From Camelus ferus (Eukaryota), in contig NC_045696.1 in assembly GCF_009834535.1 (NCBI RefSeq), forward strand, positions 44,704,001 through 44,768,000: a stretch of 64,000 nucleotides of DNA, in the 5' to 3' direction. How positions within the stretch are numbered: position 1 is the first letter of the stretch; each line of letters begins with the position of its first letter. The position numbers and the translations under genes are program-made. The notes beneath the pieces are model-generated. The model saw nothing but the letters and a program-made list of their open reading frames with translations, searched no databases and was not told the DNA's origin. Below, piece by piece: positions 50,721 through 64,000 of this stretch.

Positions 50721-53700
50721 GAAAACAAAAACACAATGATCCAAAACCTATAGGATGCGTCAAAAGCAGTTATAAGAGGGACGTTTATAGTGATACAAGC
50801 TTACCTCAGGAAACAAGAAAAATCTCAAATAAATAACCTAATCTTACACCTAAAGCAACTAAAGAAAGAAGAACAAACAAAACCCAAAGTTAATAAAAGG
50901 AAAGAAATTATAAAGATCAGAGCAGAAATAAATGAAATAGAGATTAAAAAAAAAATACAAAAAAATCAAAGAGACTAAAACTTGTTCTTTGAAAAGATAA
51001 GCAAAATTGATTTAGCCAGACTCATCAAGAAAAAAATGGACAGGACTCAAATCAATAAAATCAGAAGTGAAAAAGGAGAAGTTACAACTGACACCACAGA
51101 AATACAATGGATCATAAGAGACTACTACCAAGACTGTATGCCAAAAAATTTCCTGAGACTGAATCAGCAAGAAATAGAAAATATGAACTGATCAATTACC
51201 AGCACTGAAGTTGAATCAGTAACTTAAAAACTCCCAACAAACAAAGTCCAGGACCAGGTGGCTTCACAGGGTAATTATACCAAACATTTAAAGAAGAGTT
51301 AACACCTATCCTTTGAAACTAGTCTAAAAAATTGTGAAGGAAGGAGCTCTTCTGAACTCATTGTGAGGCCACCATGACCCTGATACAAAAACCAGACAAA
51401 GATATCACAAAAAAAGAAAATTACAGGTCAATATCACTGAAGAACATAAGTGTAAAAATCCTCAACAAAATACTAGCAAACTGACACCAACAGTGCATTA
51501 AAAAGATCAATCAAACATCATGATCAAGTGGGATTTATCCCAGGGATACAAGGATTTTTCAATAGCTGCGAATCAATCAGTGTGATATACCACATTAACA
51601 AATTGAAGAATAAAAGCCATATGATCATCTCAATAAATGCAGAAAAAACTTTTGATAAAATTCAACATCCATTTATAATAAGTGGGCATACTAGGAACAT
51701 ACCTCGACATAATAAAGACCATATATGACACACCCACAGCTAACATCATGCTCAATGGTGAAAAGTGAAAGTATTTCCTCTAAGATCAGGAAAAAGACAA
51801 GGATGCCCACTCTTGCCAGTTTTAATCAACATAGTTTTGGAAGTCCTAGGCACAATAATCAGAGAACAAAAAGAAATAAAGGGAATCCAGATTGGAAAAG
51901 AAGAAGTAAAACTATCACTGCTTGCAGATGACATGATACTACACATAGAAAATCCTAAAGAGGCTACCAGGAAAGTACTAGAGCTCATCAATGAATTCAT
52001 TAAAGTAGCAGGGTACAAAATCTATATACAGAAATCAGTTGCATTTCTATACATTGACAACAAAATAGCAGAAAAAGAAATTAAGGAAATGATCCCATTT
52101 ACCATTACAACAAAAAGAATTCAATGCCTAGGAATAAACCTATCTAAGGAGGCAAAGGATCTTTAGTCCAAAAACTATAAGACACTGTTGAAAAAAATTA
52201 AAAGATGACACAAACAGATGGAAAGATATACCATGTTATTGGATTAGAAGAATCAATATTATTAAAATGGCCAACTACCCAAGGCAATATACAGATTCAG
52301 TGCAATTCCTATCAAATTATCAATGGCATTTTTCATCGAACTAGAACAAAATATTTTGAAATTTGTATGGAAACACAAAAGATCCTGAATAACCAAAACA
52401 ATCTTGAGAAAGAAGAGAGCTGGAGAAATCATGCTTCCTGCCTTCTGACTATACTGAAAAGCTACAATAATCAAAACAGTGTGGTACAGGCACAAAAACA
52501 GACACATAGATCAATGGAATAGGATAGAAAGCCCAGAAATAAACCCATGTGTTTATGGTCAATTAATCTCCAACAAAGGCAGCAAGAATGTACAATGGAG
52601 AAAAGTCAGTCTCTTCAATAAGCAGTGCTGGGAAAATTAGACAGCTACATGTGAAAGAATAAAATTAGAGCATTCTCTAACACCATATGCAAAAAATAAA
52701 CTCAAAATTGATTAAAGACCTAAATGTAAGACCAGATACTATAAAACTCCTAGAAGAAAACATAGGTAGGGCTCTGTGACATAAATTGCAGCATATAAAT
52801 AATTGGATCCAGCTCCTAGAGTAATGGAAACAGAAGCAAAAATAAACAAATGGGACCTAATTAAACTTAAAAGCTTTTGCACAATCAAAACCATCAAAAA
52901 AGAAAAAAGACAACCAACAGAATGGGAGAAAATATTTTCAAACAATACAACAGGGAAGGGATTAACTTCCAAAATATATAAACAGCTCATATACCTCAGT
53001 ATCAAAAAACAAACAGCTCAATCAGAAAATAGGCAGAAGACCCGAATAGGCATTTCTCCAATGAAAACATAACAGAGGCCAATAGGCACATGAAAAGATA
53101 CTCAACATCACTAATTATTAGAGAAATACAAATCAAAACTATATGAGGTATCACCTCACACCTGTCAGGAAGGCCGTCGTCAAAAAGTCTACAAATAATA
53201 AATGCTGGAGAGGGTGTGGAGAAAAGGGAACCACCCTGCACTGTTGAGGAATGTAAATTGGTGCAGCCATTATGGAGAACAGTATGGAAGCTCCCTAAAA
53301 AACTAAAAATAGACTTATCAAATAATCCAGCAATGCCATTCCTGGGCACATATCCGGAAACAACAAAAATTCTTAAGTCAAAAAGATGCATACGCTGCAT
53401 ATTTATAGCAGCACAATTTATAATAGCCACGACATGGAAGCAACCTAAATGTCCATGGATAGATGAATGGATAAAGCTGTAGTATCTGTAAACAATGAAA
53501 TATTACTCAGCCATAAAAACAAATTAAATAATGCCATTTGCAGCAACATGGATGGACCTAGAGATTGTCATACTAAATGAAGTAAGTCAGATGGAGAAAG
53601 ACAAATATCATATGATATCACTTATATGTGGAATCTAAAAAATGATACAAATCAACTTATTCACAAAAGAGGAATAGACTCACAGACATTGAAAACAAAT

Positions 53701-53946
53701 CTATGGTCACCAAAGGGGAAAGGCGGGGGAGGGATAAATGAGAAATCTGAGATTAACAGTTACACACTACTATATATAAAATAGATAAACAAGGCCCTAT
53801 TGTATAGCACAGGGAACGATATTCAATATCTTGTAATAACCTATGATAGAAAAGAATTGAAAAAGAAAAAAATCTTTATGTATGTATAATTGAATCACTT
53901 TGCTGTACACCTGAAACATTGTAAATCAACTATATTTCAATTAAAA
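50721..53946 (+). mobile_element. 5'-truncated LINE-1 (~3.2 kb; broken ORF2 RT and C-terminal region, 3'UTR, poly(A))
   Basis: ORF fragments YLRKQEKSQINNL.., [11 protein letters not shown].., [23 protein letters not shown] (RT), KINKWDLIKLKSFCT, WKQPKCP; many stops and frameshifts; possible TSD aaagaaat (50713-50720, 53947-53954). Confidence 0.97.
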
Positions 53947-56095
53947 AAAGAAATTATCTCTTTTTAAATTAGCTTGTCATTCTGTTGGAAGAAAGTTGCA
54001 ATATAAGTAATACACATGAACAGGAATTGGAGACGTGAAGAACATGGGCTCAGTGTGGAATTCTTATCTTGTATGTTAGAATGGAATCTTGGAGGAAGTG
54101 TTGATCTAGAATCTAAAAGGTCACGTGCACTAAGATCAGGATTCAAGTGTTCAGAGCACAGAATGAATTCAATCCCAAAACTGAATGAGTAATTTCTGTG
54201 GCCTGTTTTATATTTCCTGAAGGAGTCTTCCAGGCTGAAGGTCAAATAAATGTAGTTGCTTCATAGAGAGCAGAATCCCTGTGGCTGTAAAACTTGCTAT
54301 TTTGTTGTTGTTATTTTTATTGGAGGGAAAGTGTGATTATAGGAATAGTTTTACAGTTCCGTTCTGGTCTGTGAATATCATCAAAAATAAAGTTTAAAGT
54401 GTTACTAAATGATTATTCTAATATTACAACTTATTTTATCTTACGTCTCTTTTTCCTGCATGACAGTGATTCTCCTTTTTGATTTTGAGTTTGTCTTTAA
54501 ATAAAATAAAGTATGTGAAAATTCCTAGCAGGATTTGTGGTACGTAGTCCGCCCCTTTTTATTTGTATTCTTTACTTTTCCTTGCTCTGCTACATCATCA
54601 TAAGAAATATGCATATCAACAATTAGTGTCTAAAAAGTAAAATGAGAAATGTAAGGTTTCCAGGATCAGATGCTGATGAATGTGAATATAAATCCAAGGG
54701 AAACTAGATTAAGTTAATTAGGTAAAATCAGTTCTTTTTAATTTTTTTGAAAGACAGAAAGAAAAGAATAAGAATAAAGTACATTTTACTTTTGAACATT
54801 AACATTCAGGTTTTTTGGGGAAAATTTCTGAAGGTAAATTTTTATGTGACACTATTCCATATCCTAAAAAAAAAAATTATTTTTTTCAGCTTTTCTGCAG
54901 TTTTGTTTTCAAAACCGTACATTATATTCAGTAATTTCTGAATGTGCATGCTTTTTTTCTTCTTTCACTTTATTACTTATTTAGTTCAAGGCGTAAATCA
55001 ATATTTTGAATAAAAGCCCTCAAACTATAGCACTGTTAGTCATGAATATGGTAGTTACTTCCTCTGTTGAGCTTCAGAAGTTCAAAATACCATGTTCTTT
55101 TACTTTATGATTTCTGCCTATAAATAAAATATTTATAAATCATTTCTTAATAATTGGTCTTGGCACTGTAAACAATTTAAAATCATTCTAGTAATATTTA
55201 ATCTTAATTGGAGAAATTTTTTAAATGAATTCTGTCAAAAAATAGTCTCATGGTTGATTGAAGTTCTGTCCTTCAGTTTCATTTGTAAATTAAAAAAAAA
55301 GCAGATAAGAATGACAAAATTTAGAAGATGTACTTTTCCACTGGTGATGCCTTTGTGAAGATAATATCAAATGTTAATGCCTCTGAGCCAGTTTTCATCA
55401 ATTTGCTGAGTCAGAGGTTCAGTAAAACTTAAATAATTTTCTTTCACTAATGGTTATTTTAAATTCTTTTCTTCTTACTTCCATATTAATACAAATTAAG
55501 ACAGTTTCTTTATTAGATTGCAGCATTTATTTGTATTTTGTATCTTGCATCTAAAAGAATTAAAGTTATGGTCACACATTGGGTAAACTTTTCTTTCTAT
55601 AGATTATTTAGTTACACAGTATTATTTCTTTCCTGTGGGAAAAATATCAGTTATATATCATTCATTCAACAGTATATAAAGGCCATTTAATACTTGCAAG
55701 GAATTCTACTTATCAGTGAAGATTAAGGTGATTAGGATAAAGAGGATAAGGAGAAAACAAATTCAGAATGAGAGTAATTTAGCTGTGGACACCCAAGGTA
55801 TAACACTAAATCAACTCCTAAGCCAGCCTTGCGACAGGAAAGCTAAGAGAACACAAAACAGGAAAGGGAGACGCCTTCTTGGAGGTAGTACTTTTATTTT
55901 TTTTCTGGAACTTTTGAAATTTATATTTTATTGGAAAATAACACCACTAAAGATTTTATCACACAATTTCTTATATCACTATAGAAACTTAATTTGAGTT
56001 TCTTTGTTTCATCAAACTCTTCAGGTTAAATGTGACGTATTAATCTAAATCACTATCATCATTAGTATTATCATTGTGTGCGTTTAATTTCTGTT

Positions 56096-56197
56096 ACATA
56101 TATGTATGTATATGCATGACTGGGATATTGTGCTGTCCACCAGAAATTGACACATTGTAACTGACTGTACTTCAATTTAAAAAAAGGAAAGAAAAGA
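56096..56197 (+). mobile_element. Very short camelid-type L1 3' end
   Basis: 'tatatgtatgtatatgcatgactgggatattgtgctgtccaccagaaattgacacattgtaactgactgtacttcaattt' + A-rich tail. Confidence 0.85.
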
Positions 56198-59100
56198 AAT
56201 ATAGGAGATAGTACTTTTGACAGGAAAAAGAAATAAACCATTTGTTGAATAGTTCTAAAGCAAAAAAGCAAAATACTTATTTATTATCTGCTGCCCATTC
56301 TGGAGTAGCACAGAGTCTTTTCAGATGTTTTATTTTGTTTTGTTTTGTCTAATATTGTGTGGTTGTGATGGAGCGGGAGGAGAGGAGATGGTGTTGGGGA
56401 ACAAGATCCTTTAGTTACAAGCTCCTCAGGGTCAGGGACTGGAGTGTCTCATTTATGTCCTTGCCTTCAGTACTTATCTCAGAGGTCAGCAAATAAGAGA
56501 CTTTCCACTAAAATAAAAGTTGGTGCAGTCTTTAAAGGATTGCCAAATTACTGACCTCTATCTCCAACATGCCCTAGGGAAGACGTTAGCACAGAGCACC
56601 AGGCCTGCCACCTCTTGACACTAATCAAGATTCATTTATGTTAATAATCCCTTTTAAAAAGCAAGTCAGGCAGGAAATTTAAGTCGATTCACACTTCTAC
56701 ATAAATTACCTCCATCAGATAACCAAACAAATTGTTTTTCTTTTTATGCTATCTCAGATCTTCTGCCCCAGGGTATTTTTTTTTCCAGGCAGTAGAGGAG
56801 AGGTGTCAGTTTCTTTGGCAACCCTGGCCATTTGGGTCTTGGCAAATCTGCTTGGGGGAATAATGAGGGCATTGAAGGGAGAGAAAAGAAACTTTCTCTC
56901 TTTAAAATTTTTACCTAGGGTCTTTGTGTGAGTTAGAAAATTCTTTCAAGAACATTTGTTCTAAGTTGCTGAGGCCTGAGCTAATGTAAAATATAAGATC
57001 TGAATTTTTGATGTAATTCTGCACATTAACCATAATCACTGGATTATAAATAGAAGCCCAAATTATCATTTGAGCATTTGCCAAAAGCCCAATATACTTT
57101 GTCACCAAATAAAAATAAAAAGAAATGTAAGTTGTAAATGTCTGATTTTTCTTGTAGGCTTGCCATTTTTTTAGCCCAGAACCAGATCTTTGATTCTGTT
57201 TTTCATGTTTTCACATACTATTTAACCATGGTAACCAAATGGTCTCAAGAGTGTAGTTGCTACAGTGGAAGTTCATGGATCAGATTTGTTGGTAATGCAT
57301 CGAATCAGATTTCTGCTCCCATTTTTATAAATGGGAAGATTGACTAGAAGAGCACATCGCCACCTAATTCATTATGTAGAGCTCATTAGTTCCCTTGTCA
57401 ACTTTCCTTTGCTCTAATCAATTGAAAGGAAAAGGCTTCACAGATTTTCAGTAGGAAACATACTGGAGCTGTAGCTCATCAGTTAATGTGTGAACTTATG
57501 TATAAAGGTGCAGTCGACCTTGACTACGCATCCTTCCGGAGTTGCCTCTTGTAAATCCTGTGATCAATAAGTGAAATAGTATTCCAGCCCCTTCACAACT
57601 CACCTTCAAACGTCTGTTTTTCCTACACATTGTCTAGGTGTCTATGAATTTTTTTGATTTTCCTCTAACAGGCTCCAATCTTCGTTACATTATAAGTTTC
57701 ATAAAAGAGGGGCTTAGCACTTCTTCTCAGTGCTGAAGTATAATTGTAAAATAATGAATTAACAAGACTGATATTTAAGGCAATCCAATTCTACTTAAAT
57801 ATCTAAGTGAATACTGCATACTTCCAAGGAGTCACCCTGAGTAACAATACATTTATTCCAAGGGTGTGTCCATTACATGTAGCTTCTTGCTGTCATTCTT
57901 TTGGAATGGAGTTTAGAACCGGTTTCAAGCTTCAATACTTTTTAGTCAAGCCTCAATTTCCGTTGTTAACTACAGGTAAAGATTTTTCATTATCAACTTT
58001 TAAAAGTAACCAAGGGTAATAAACACACAGCAATGTATCTTCTTTTTCTTTGACTATATTTGTGAACATATTGGGAAGAGTAGAAGATTAGAGATGGTTT
58101 GATGCTGTATTTGAGCCTGGATGAGGTTTTATATTATTAATGAGGACTAGAGTATGACCAGAACAAATCTATCTAGGGCCTTTATACCTCTTTTTGTCTC
58201 TCAGGTTTGAGGTACCATAGTACACATAGGGCCATCCTAACTTTTAGAGACACCATGAGCTTAAGTAGAATGAAGTTTATTGTTTTCAAAGGGTATTAAA
58301 GCATTGCAGGATGTTGGCCAAGTACCTTTTAAGATGTTTTTTAAATTAAAACTTATTTCCACTGCAAGAGAATAATGAAAATATCTTTTTACTTTGTTCC
58401 TTAGGATAAATGAGAAAAATATCAAATGTTTGAGAGGGAAAAATGATTTTTTAAAAAGAATTACTGTTGTGAAAATGACTAAATTCCAAGTTCTCAAGTT
58501 AGAACATTTAATATGTCAAAACTTATTATTAAAAGAGATAGAAATCATACTGTTTAATAAAGTTATTTCAATTTAAAGATTGTTTCTTATTCCTATTTTG
58601 AGTGCACCCTCTTTAAGATATCAAGTATATCCATTTAATTGCTAATTTTCATATAAGGACAGGCATATTTCAGGAAGTTTAAGTCATGATCCTTAGAGGT
58701 ATTGTTTTCAAACTGCATCCCTAGTTCCCCAGCTTCCTCCAGATTTGACGTGCCTTCTCCTGTTACTTCCATTTCTACTGTGTTCAAAATCATACTGTGC
58801 ATGTACAGCATTTCTGAGCGGAGGGTGTTATGCAAATGAGCTTACCAAAAGCTGAAAAAGATATTGAGAACCAGTGAATTAAACCACAGCTATCTAAAAA
58901 ACATTGAATAGTAAGAGGTATGCAATAGAATTTAATATCATTAATTAAAACCGTAGCTGTTTTTTTAATATAGGCTTTTTAAATAATAAAATATATGATA
59001 TATCTAATTTAAAACGGTTTCTCTTGAAATTATACTAAAACATATATATGTAGGTTTGAATCTTAAACACTGGACATAGGTATCATCTTTGTTATTAAAA

Positions 59101-59591
59101 TAGGCTTAGACAAGTTTCAAATGGTTCTGCATATAAATTATGCTGACATGCATAATTTCAAATTAGGCCAGTTACAGCTTTCATTCTTTGAACTGAATTA
59201 AAACTCTTACTTCCACAGTATTAGAAAGATAAATCAAATGTTTCTTTAATGCCTAGTTTCATTCAATCTATTCCCAGTTTTGGAGGACTGCTGTCATGAT
59301 GCCAAAAGCATAGACTGAACTTTTAATAAAGTTCCTGATATAATAAAAAGAATCTGGGGTAATTGGATAGTACAGTCTAAGTGCTGAACTCATCTTATAC
59401 CTTTCAAATAAAATGAAACCACTACTAGTTTCTTTAAGAGCCTTTTTAAAAAATTGACTTTAAGAAAAGCATGATTTATTCACCCATAGAGCAAGAAATG
59501 CTGCTTTCTATAATGCATTCAAAATAGAGGTGGTTGTGTTTAGTTTTTATAATGGTATTGCAATTTCTTTTCTTCAAGCAGACAAAATATG

Positions 59592-62500
59592 CTTTTAATT
59601 GAAGTATAGTTGACATACAGTACATTGATTTCAGGTGTAGAACATGGTAATTCAACATTTATATACATTATTAATTTATCACCACAATGTCTAATAGCCA
59701 TCTGTCACCATACAGAGTAGTCGCAATACTATTGACTGTATTCCCTATACTTTGTGTTACATCCTTGTGACTTATTTATTTTAATTGGCAGTTTGTACCT
59801 CTTAATCCACATCATCTATTTCACCCAACTCCCCACCTTCCTCCCCCCGGCAAACACCAGTTTGTTCTCTGTATCTATGACTCCGCTTTTGTTTTGTTTG
59901 TTCATTTTTTTGTTTTGTTTTCTTTTGTTTTGTTTTGTTTTTAAGATCCCACATATGAATGAAGTCATACAATATTTGTCTTTTTTCTGTCTGACTTATT
60001 GTGATAATTATAATATCCTTTAGGTCCATCAATGTTGTTGCAAGTGGCAAGGTTTCATTCTTTTTTATGGTTGAGTAATGTTCCATTTTGTTTCCATATC
60101 TTAGCCATTGTAAATAGTGCTGTAGTAACACTAGGGTTGCAGATATATTTTTGAATTAGTGTTTTCATTTTCTTCAGAAAAATACCTAGAAGTAGAATTG
60201 CTGGATCATATATGGTAGTTTTATTTTTAATTTTTTGAGGAACCCCCCATGCTGTTTTCCATAGTGGCTGCACCAGTTACAATCCTACCAACAGTGTTCA
60301 AGCTTTCCCTTTCTCCATATCCTAGCCAATACTTGATTTTTTATTTTATTTTATTTTTTTTGGTAACAGCCATGTTGACAGGTGTGAGGTGATATCTCAT
60401 TGCAATTTTGATTTGCATATCTCTGATGATTAGTGATGTTGAGTGTCTTTTCATATGTCTATTGACCATTTGTATGTCTGTCTTGAAAAAATGTCTATTC
60501 AGGTCCTCTGTCCATTTTGTATTTAGATTGTTTGTTTTTTTGATACTGAGTTGTGTGAGTTCTCATATATATTTGGATATTAGCCCCTTATCAGATAAAT
60601 AATTTGCAAATATCTTCTCCCATTCAGTAGGTTGCCTTTTCATTTTGTTTGTGGCTTTCTTTGTTGTGCAAAATCTTTTTAATTTGATGTGATACCATTT
60701 GTTTATTTATGCTTTTGTTGCCCTTGCCTGAGGAGGCAGATCCAAAACAATATTACTAATGTCCAATGTCAAAGAGTACACTGCCTATGTTTTCTTCTAG
60801 GAATTTTATGGTTTCAGACCTTACTTTTAAGTCTTTAATCCATTTTGAGTTCATTTTTGCATATGGTGTGAGAAAGTAGTCCACTTTCATTCTTTTGCAT
60901 GTAGCTGTCCAGTTTTCCCAATGCCATTTATTAAAGAGATTGTCTTTTCCCCACTGTATATTCTCAGCTCCTTACTCATAAATTAATTGACCACATAAGT
61001 GTGGATTTATTTCTGGGCTGTCTTTTCTATTTCATTGATTCATGTGCCTGTTTCTGTACTATTACCATACAGTTTTGAATGTTGTAGCTTTGTAGTATAC
61101 CTTGAAATCCAGGCATGTGATACCTACAGCTTTGTTCTTCTTTCTTAAGATTGTCTTGGCTATTAGGGGTCTTGAGTTTCCATACAATTTTGGGATTATT
61201 TGTTCTAGTTCTATGAAAAATGCCATGGGTATTTTGATAAGGAGTACATTGAATCTGTATATTTCTTCGGGTAGGATGGACATTTTAATGATACCAATTC
61301 TTCTGATCCATGGGCATATACATCTTTCCATTTATTTCTGTCATCTTTAATTTTGTTCTTCAATGTCTTATGGTTTTCAGAGTAGGTCTTTCACCTCCTT
61401 GGTTAAATTGATTCCTGCATATCTTACTCTTTTTGATGCAATTGTAAGTGGAATTGTTTTCTTAATTTCTCAGTCTGATAGTTCATTATTAGTGTAGAGG
61501 AATGCAACAGATTCCTGTGTATTGATTTTTTTATCCTGCACCTTTACTGAATTCATTTACTAGTGCTAATAGCTTTTTTTTTTTTTTTTTTTTTGGTGGT
61601 GGTGTCTTTAGAGTTTCCTACATATAGTATAATGTCATCTGCAAATAGTGACAGTTTTACTTCTTTTTTCCAATTTGGATGTCTTCCCTTTCTCTTTCTC
61701 TCTCTCTTTCTTTTGGTCTGTGGCTAGGATTTCCATTACTATCTTGAATAAAAGTGGCAATAGTGGGGCATTCTTGTCTTGTTCCTGGTCTTAGAGGAAA
61801 AGCTTTCAGCTTTCACCAATGACTGTTATGTTGGCTCAGAGTTTATCATGCATGGTCTTTATTATGTTGGTTTATATCCTTTCTGTACCCACTTTGTTGA
61901 GAGTTTTTATCATAAATGGATGCTGACTTTTCTCAAATGCTTTGTCTCTAATTATTGAGACGATCATATGATTTTTATTCTTCGTTTTGTTAATGTTGTG
62001 TATTATGTGATTGATTTGCAAATATGGAGCCATCCTTACATCCCTAGAATAAACCCAATTTATAATGGTATATGGTCCTTTTAATGCATTGTTGAATTTG
62101 GTTTGATAATGTTTTGTTGGGGATTTTTACACATATGTTCATCAGGGATATTAGCCTGTAATTTTCTTTTTTGATAGTGTCTTTATTTGGTTATGGCATC
62201 AGGATAATGCTGCCCATGTAGAATAACTTTGGGAATGTTCCTTCCTTTTCAATTTTTTGGAATAATTTGAGAAGGATAGGGATTATCTTTTCTTTAAATG
62301 TTTGATAGAATTCACCTGTGAAGCCATCTGATTCTGGACTTTGTTTGGTGAGAGTTTTTTGATTACTGATTCAGTTTCATTACTAGTGATTAGCCCGCTT
62401 AGATTTTTATTTCTTCCTGGTTCAGTTATGGAAGATTGTATATTTCTAGGGATGTATCCATTTCTCCTAAGTTGTCCAGTTTCTTGGTATATAATTGTTC

Positions 62501-62832
62501 ATAGTAATCTCTTATGATTTTTTGTACTTCTGTAGTGTCAGCTATAACTTTTCCTCTTTCATTTCTGATTTTTTTTACTTGGACCCCCTCTTTTTTTATT
62601 TTCTTGATGAGTCTGGCTAAAGGTTTATCAATTTTGTTTATCTTTTAAAAGAAACAATTTTTAGTTTTATTGCTCTTTTCTACTTTTTTTAGACTCTATT
62701 TCATTCTTCCCACTCTGATCTGTATTGTTTTCTTCCTTCTGCTAACTTTGGGCTTTGTTTGTTCTTTTTTTTTTTTTTGCCCCCTTGTACCTTTAATTAT
62801 AAGGTTAGATTGTTTATTTGAGATTTTACTTT
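59592..62832 (-). mobile_element. 5'-truncated LINE-1 (~3.2 kb, antisense, older subfamily)
   Basis: Minus-strand ORF2 fragments QPLWKTAW.., [26 protein letters not shown]; antisense 3' end 'ttttaattgaagtatagttgacatac'; degenerate TSD core acaaaatat (59582-59590, 62839-62847). Confidence 0.96.
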
Positions 62833-64000
62833 AAATAAACAAAAATATTGACCAAACTTAAAAAAATCAATTCAAAAAGGCCCAAAATACATCTTAATAT
62901 TTGTTCTGAAGATGAAAAACTAATTTAAAATGCCATGACTATCTAAATCAGGATCCTGCAGTGTCCAAAGTATTTATCTTCAAAATTAGAACCAAAATGG
63001 TTAGTAATATTATTTTAGCTTATATATACTTTTAAAAAGTACTCATGCTTTTTATCTTTCTCTTCTTTTAGCTTAATTTTTTTAAAAGATAAGTAGGCAG
63101 GTAATCAATCACTGATACAGTTTTATATCATAATAAATCATGACATCAGTCTGTTTTATCTTAGCAAATATGAATAATGACCTATCTTTGAGAATATTGA
63201 AAGCTACACTAGAAAGAAGTTTATATATATGTGTGTGTATGCATATATGTAAATAACTCATACATTCCAAGTACATCCAGGAAACAACTAACCGTTTATT
63301 TGATGTATGATGTATGAAATAAATTATTTGTGTGACCTTCATTCATCTTAGTCTTTAAGAGATAATAGTATTTATAATGAGCTTAAAGAGCAACAACAAC
63401 AAAAATAATTGGAGAAATTAACATTGGAGACATATATAAATTAAGTCACTCCATCACATAATTGCTACATATTCAGATGCAATACATGTTGGTTAAGTAA
63501 TACAGAAACAGGTAATTTTTATCTTTAAAATTTGGAAGGATTAACTAAGAAGGAAAGATGTAAAAGGGTTGTAATTTCAGTGCAGGAGTGGATTTCAGAA
63601 TTTCAAGTGATGATTTGAATATATTTTTAAAGGTAAATCATCACCTGTCTTATTAAAAAGAAGACAAGTTTATGTTTATAATTTTTAAAAATAGAATTCT
63701 CCAAGTTCTGGCATGTTTTTGACAAGTTCTCTGCTTTTGTTACCAAATAATGCTGGTGTTTGGCAGTGGAATGGGGAGCAGTCTTCCTTTATAGCACTGT
63801 TACCAATAAACACATGTGCAGAATGAAAGGATACATTTATTTTTCTCTTTATAATGTTCTAAGGAGTATACCAAAAATATGAGGAGGAAGATGTTTGATA
63901 ATCTTGATTATATCTTTTCATATAGATTTCTAGATTTCCACAATTGGATGTGTTTAACATGAACACTTGATATATAGACATCACTGCGAACAACAAAAAG

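Noticed and set aside
50790..53482. L1 ORF2 fragments as a functional reverse transcriptase
   Set aside because: Multiple stops and frameshifts, no endonuclease domain, ORF1 or promoter
56050..56100. snRNA-L1 chimera or fold-back at the 5' side of the short L1 tail
   Set aside because: No recognisable U6 or other snRNA sequence; only an 8-bp complementary match and no clear TSD
1..64000. Short ORFs of the six-frame track as protein-coding genes (e.g. 23092-23478, 25291-25614, 42285-42617)
   Set aside because: No recognisable domains, AT-biased composition, many with non-ATG starts or inside repeats; expected by chance in mammalian non-coding DNA

Overview
AT-rich mammalian genomic DNA, very likely camelid (a tRNA-derived SINE of the camelid vic-1 type and camelid-style L1 3' ends). 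It reads as the interior of a very large intron or an intergenic region. I found no intact protein-coding gene: the only ORF-track entries with recognisable protein content are broken LINE-1 ORF2 fragments (50.7-54.0 kb on +, 59.6-62.8 kb on -, and an internally deleted copy at 22.0-23.0 kb). The rest is a fossil mix of MIR, L2, CR1/L3, old L1M, MLT1 (ERVL-MaLR) solo LTRs, MER5 and a Tigger2-type MITE, plus microsatellites. The best leads are: (1) a 29-nt exon candidate with strong splice signals at 10646-10674; (2) an L1 in which the ORF1 end and spacer join directly to the ORF2 C-terminus (half-L1/spliced-L1-like), followed by a short extra L1 piece after its poly(A); (3) a twin-primed inverted L1 tail with TSDs; (4) a convergent pair of similarly truncated L1s around a repeat-poor segment. 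Repeat family names come from recalled consensus similarity, not a database search, and boundaries of old repeats are approximate. I see no support for a wholly new biological system.
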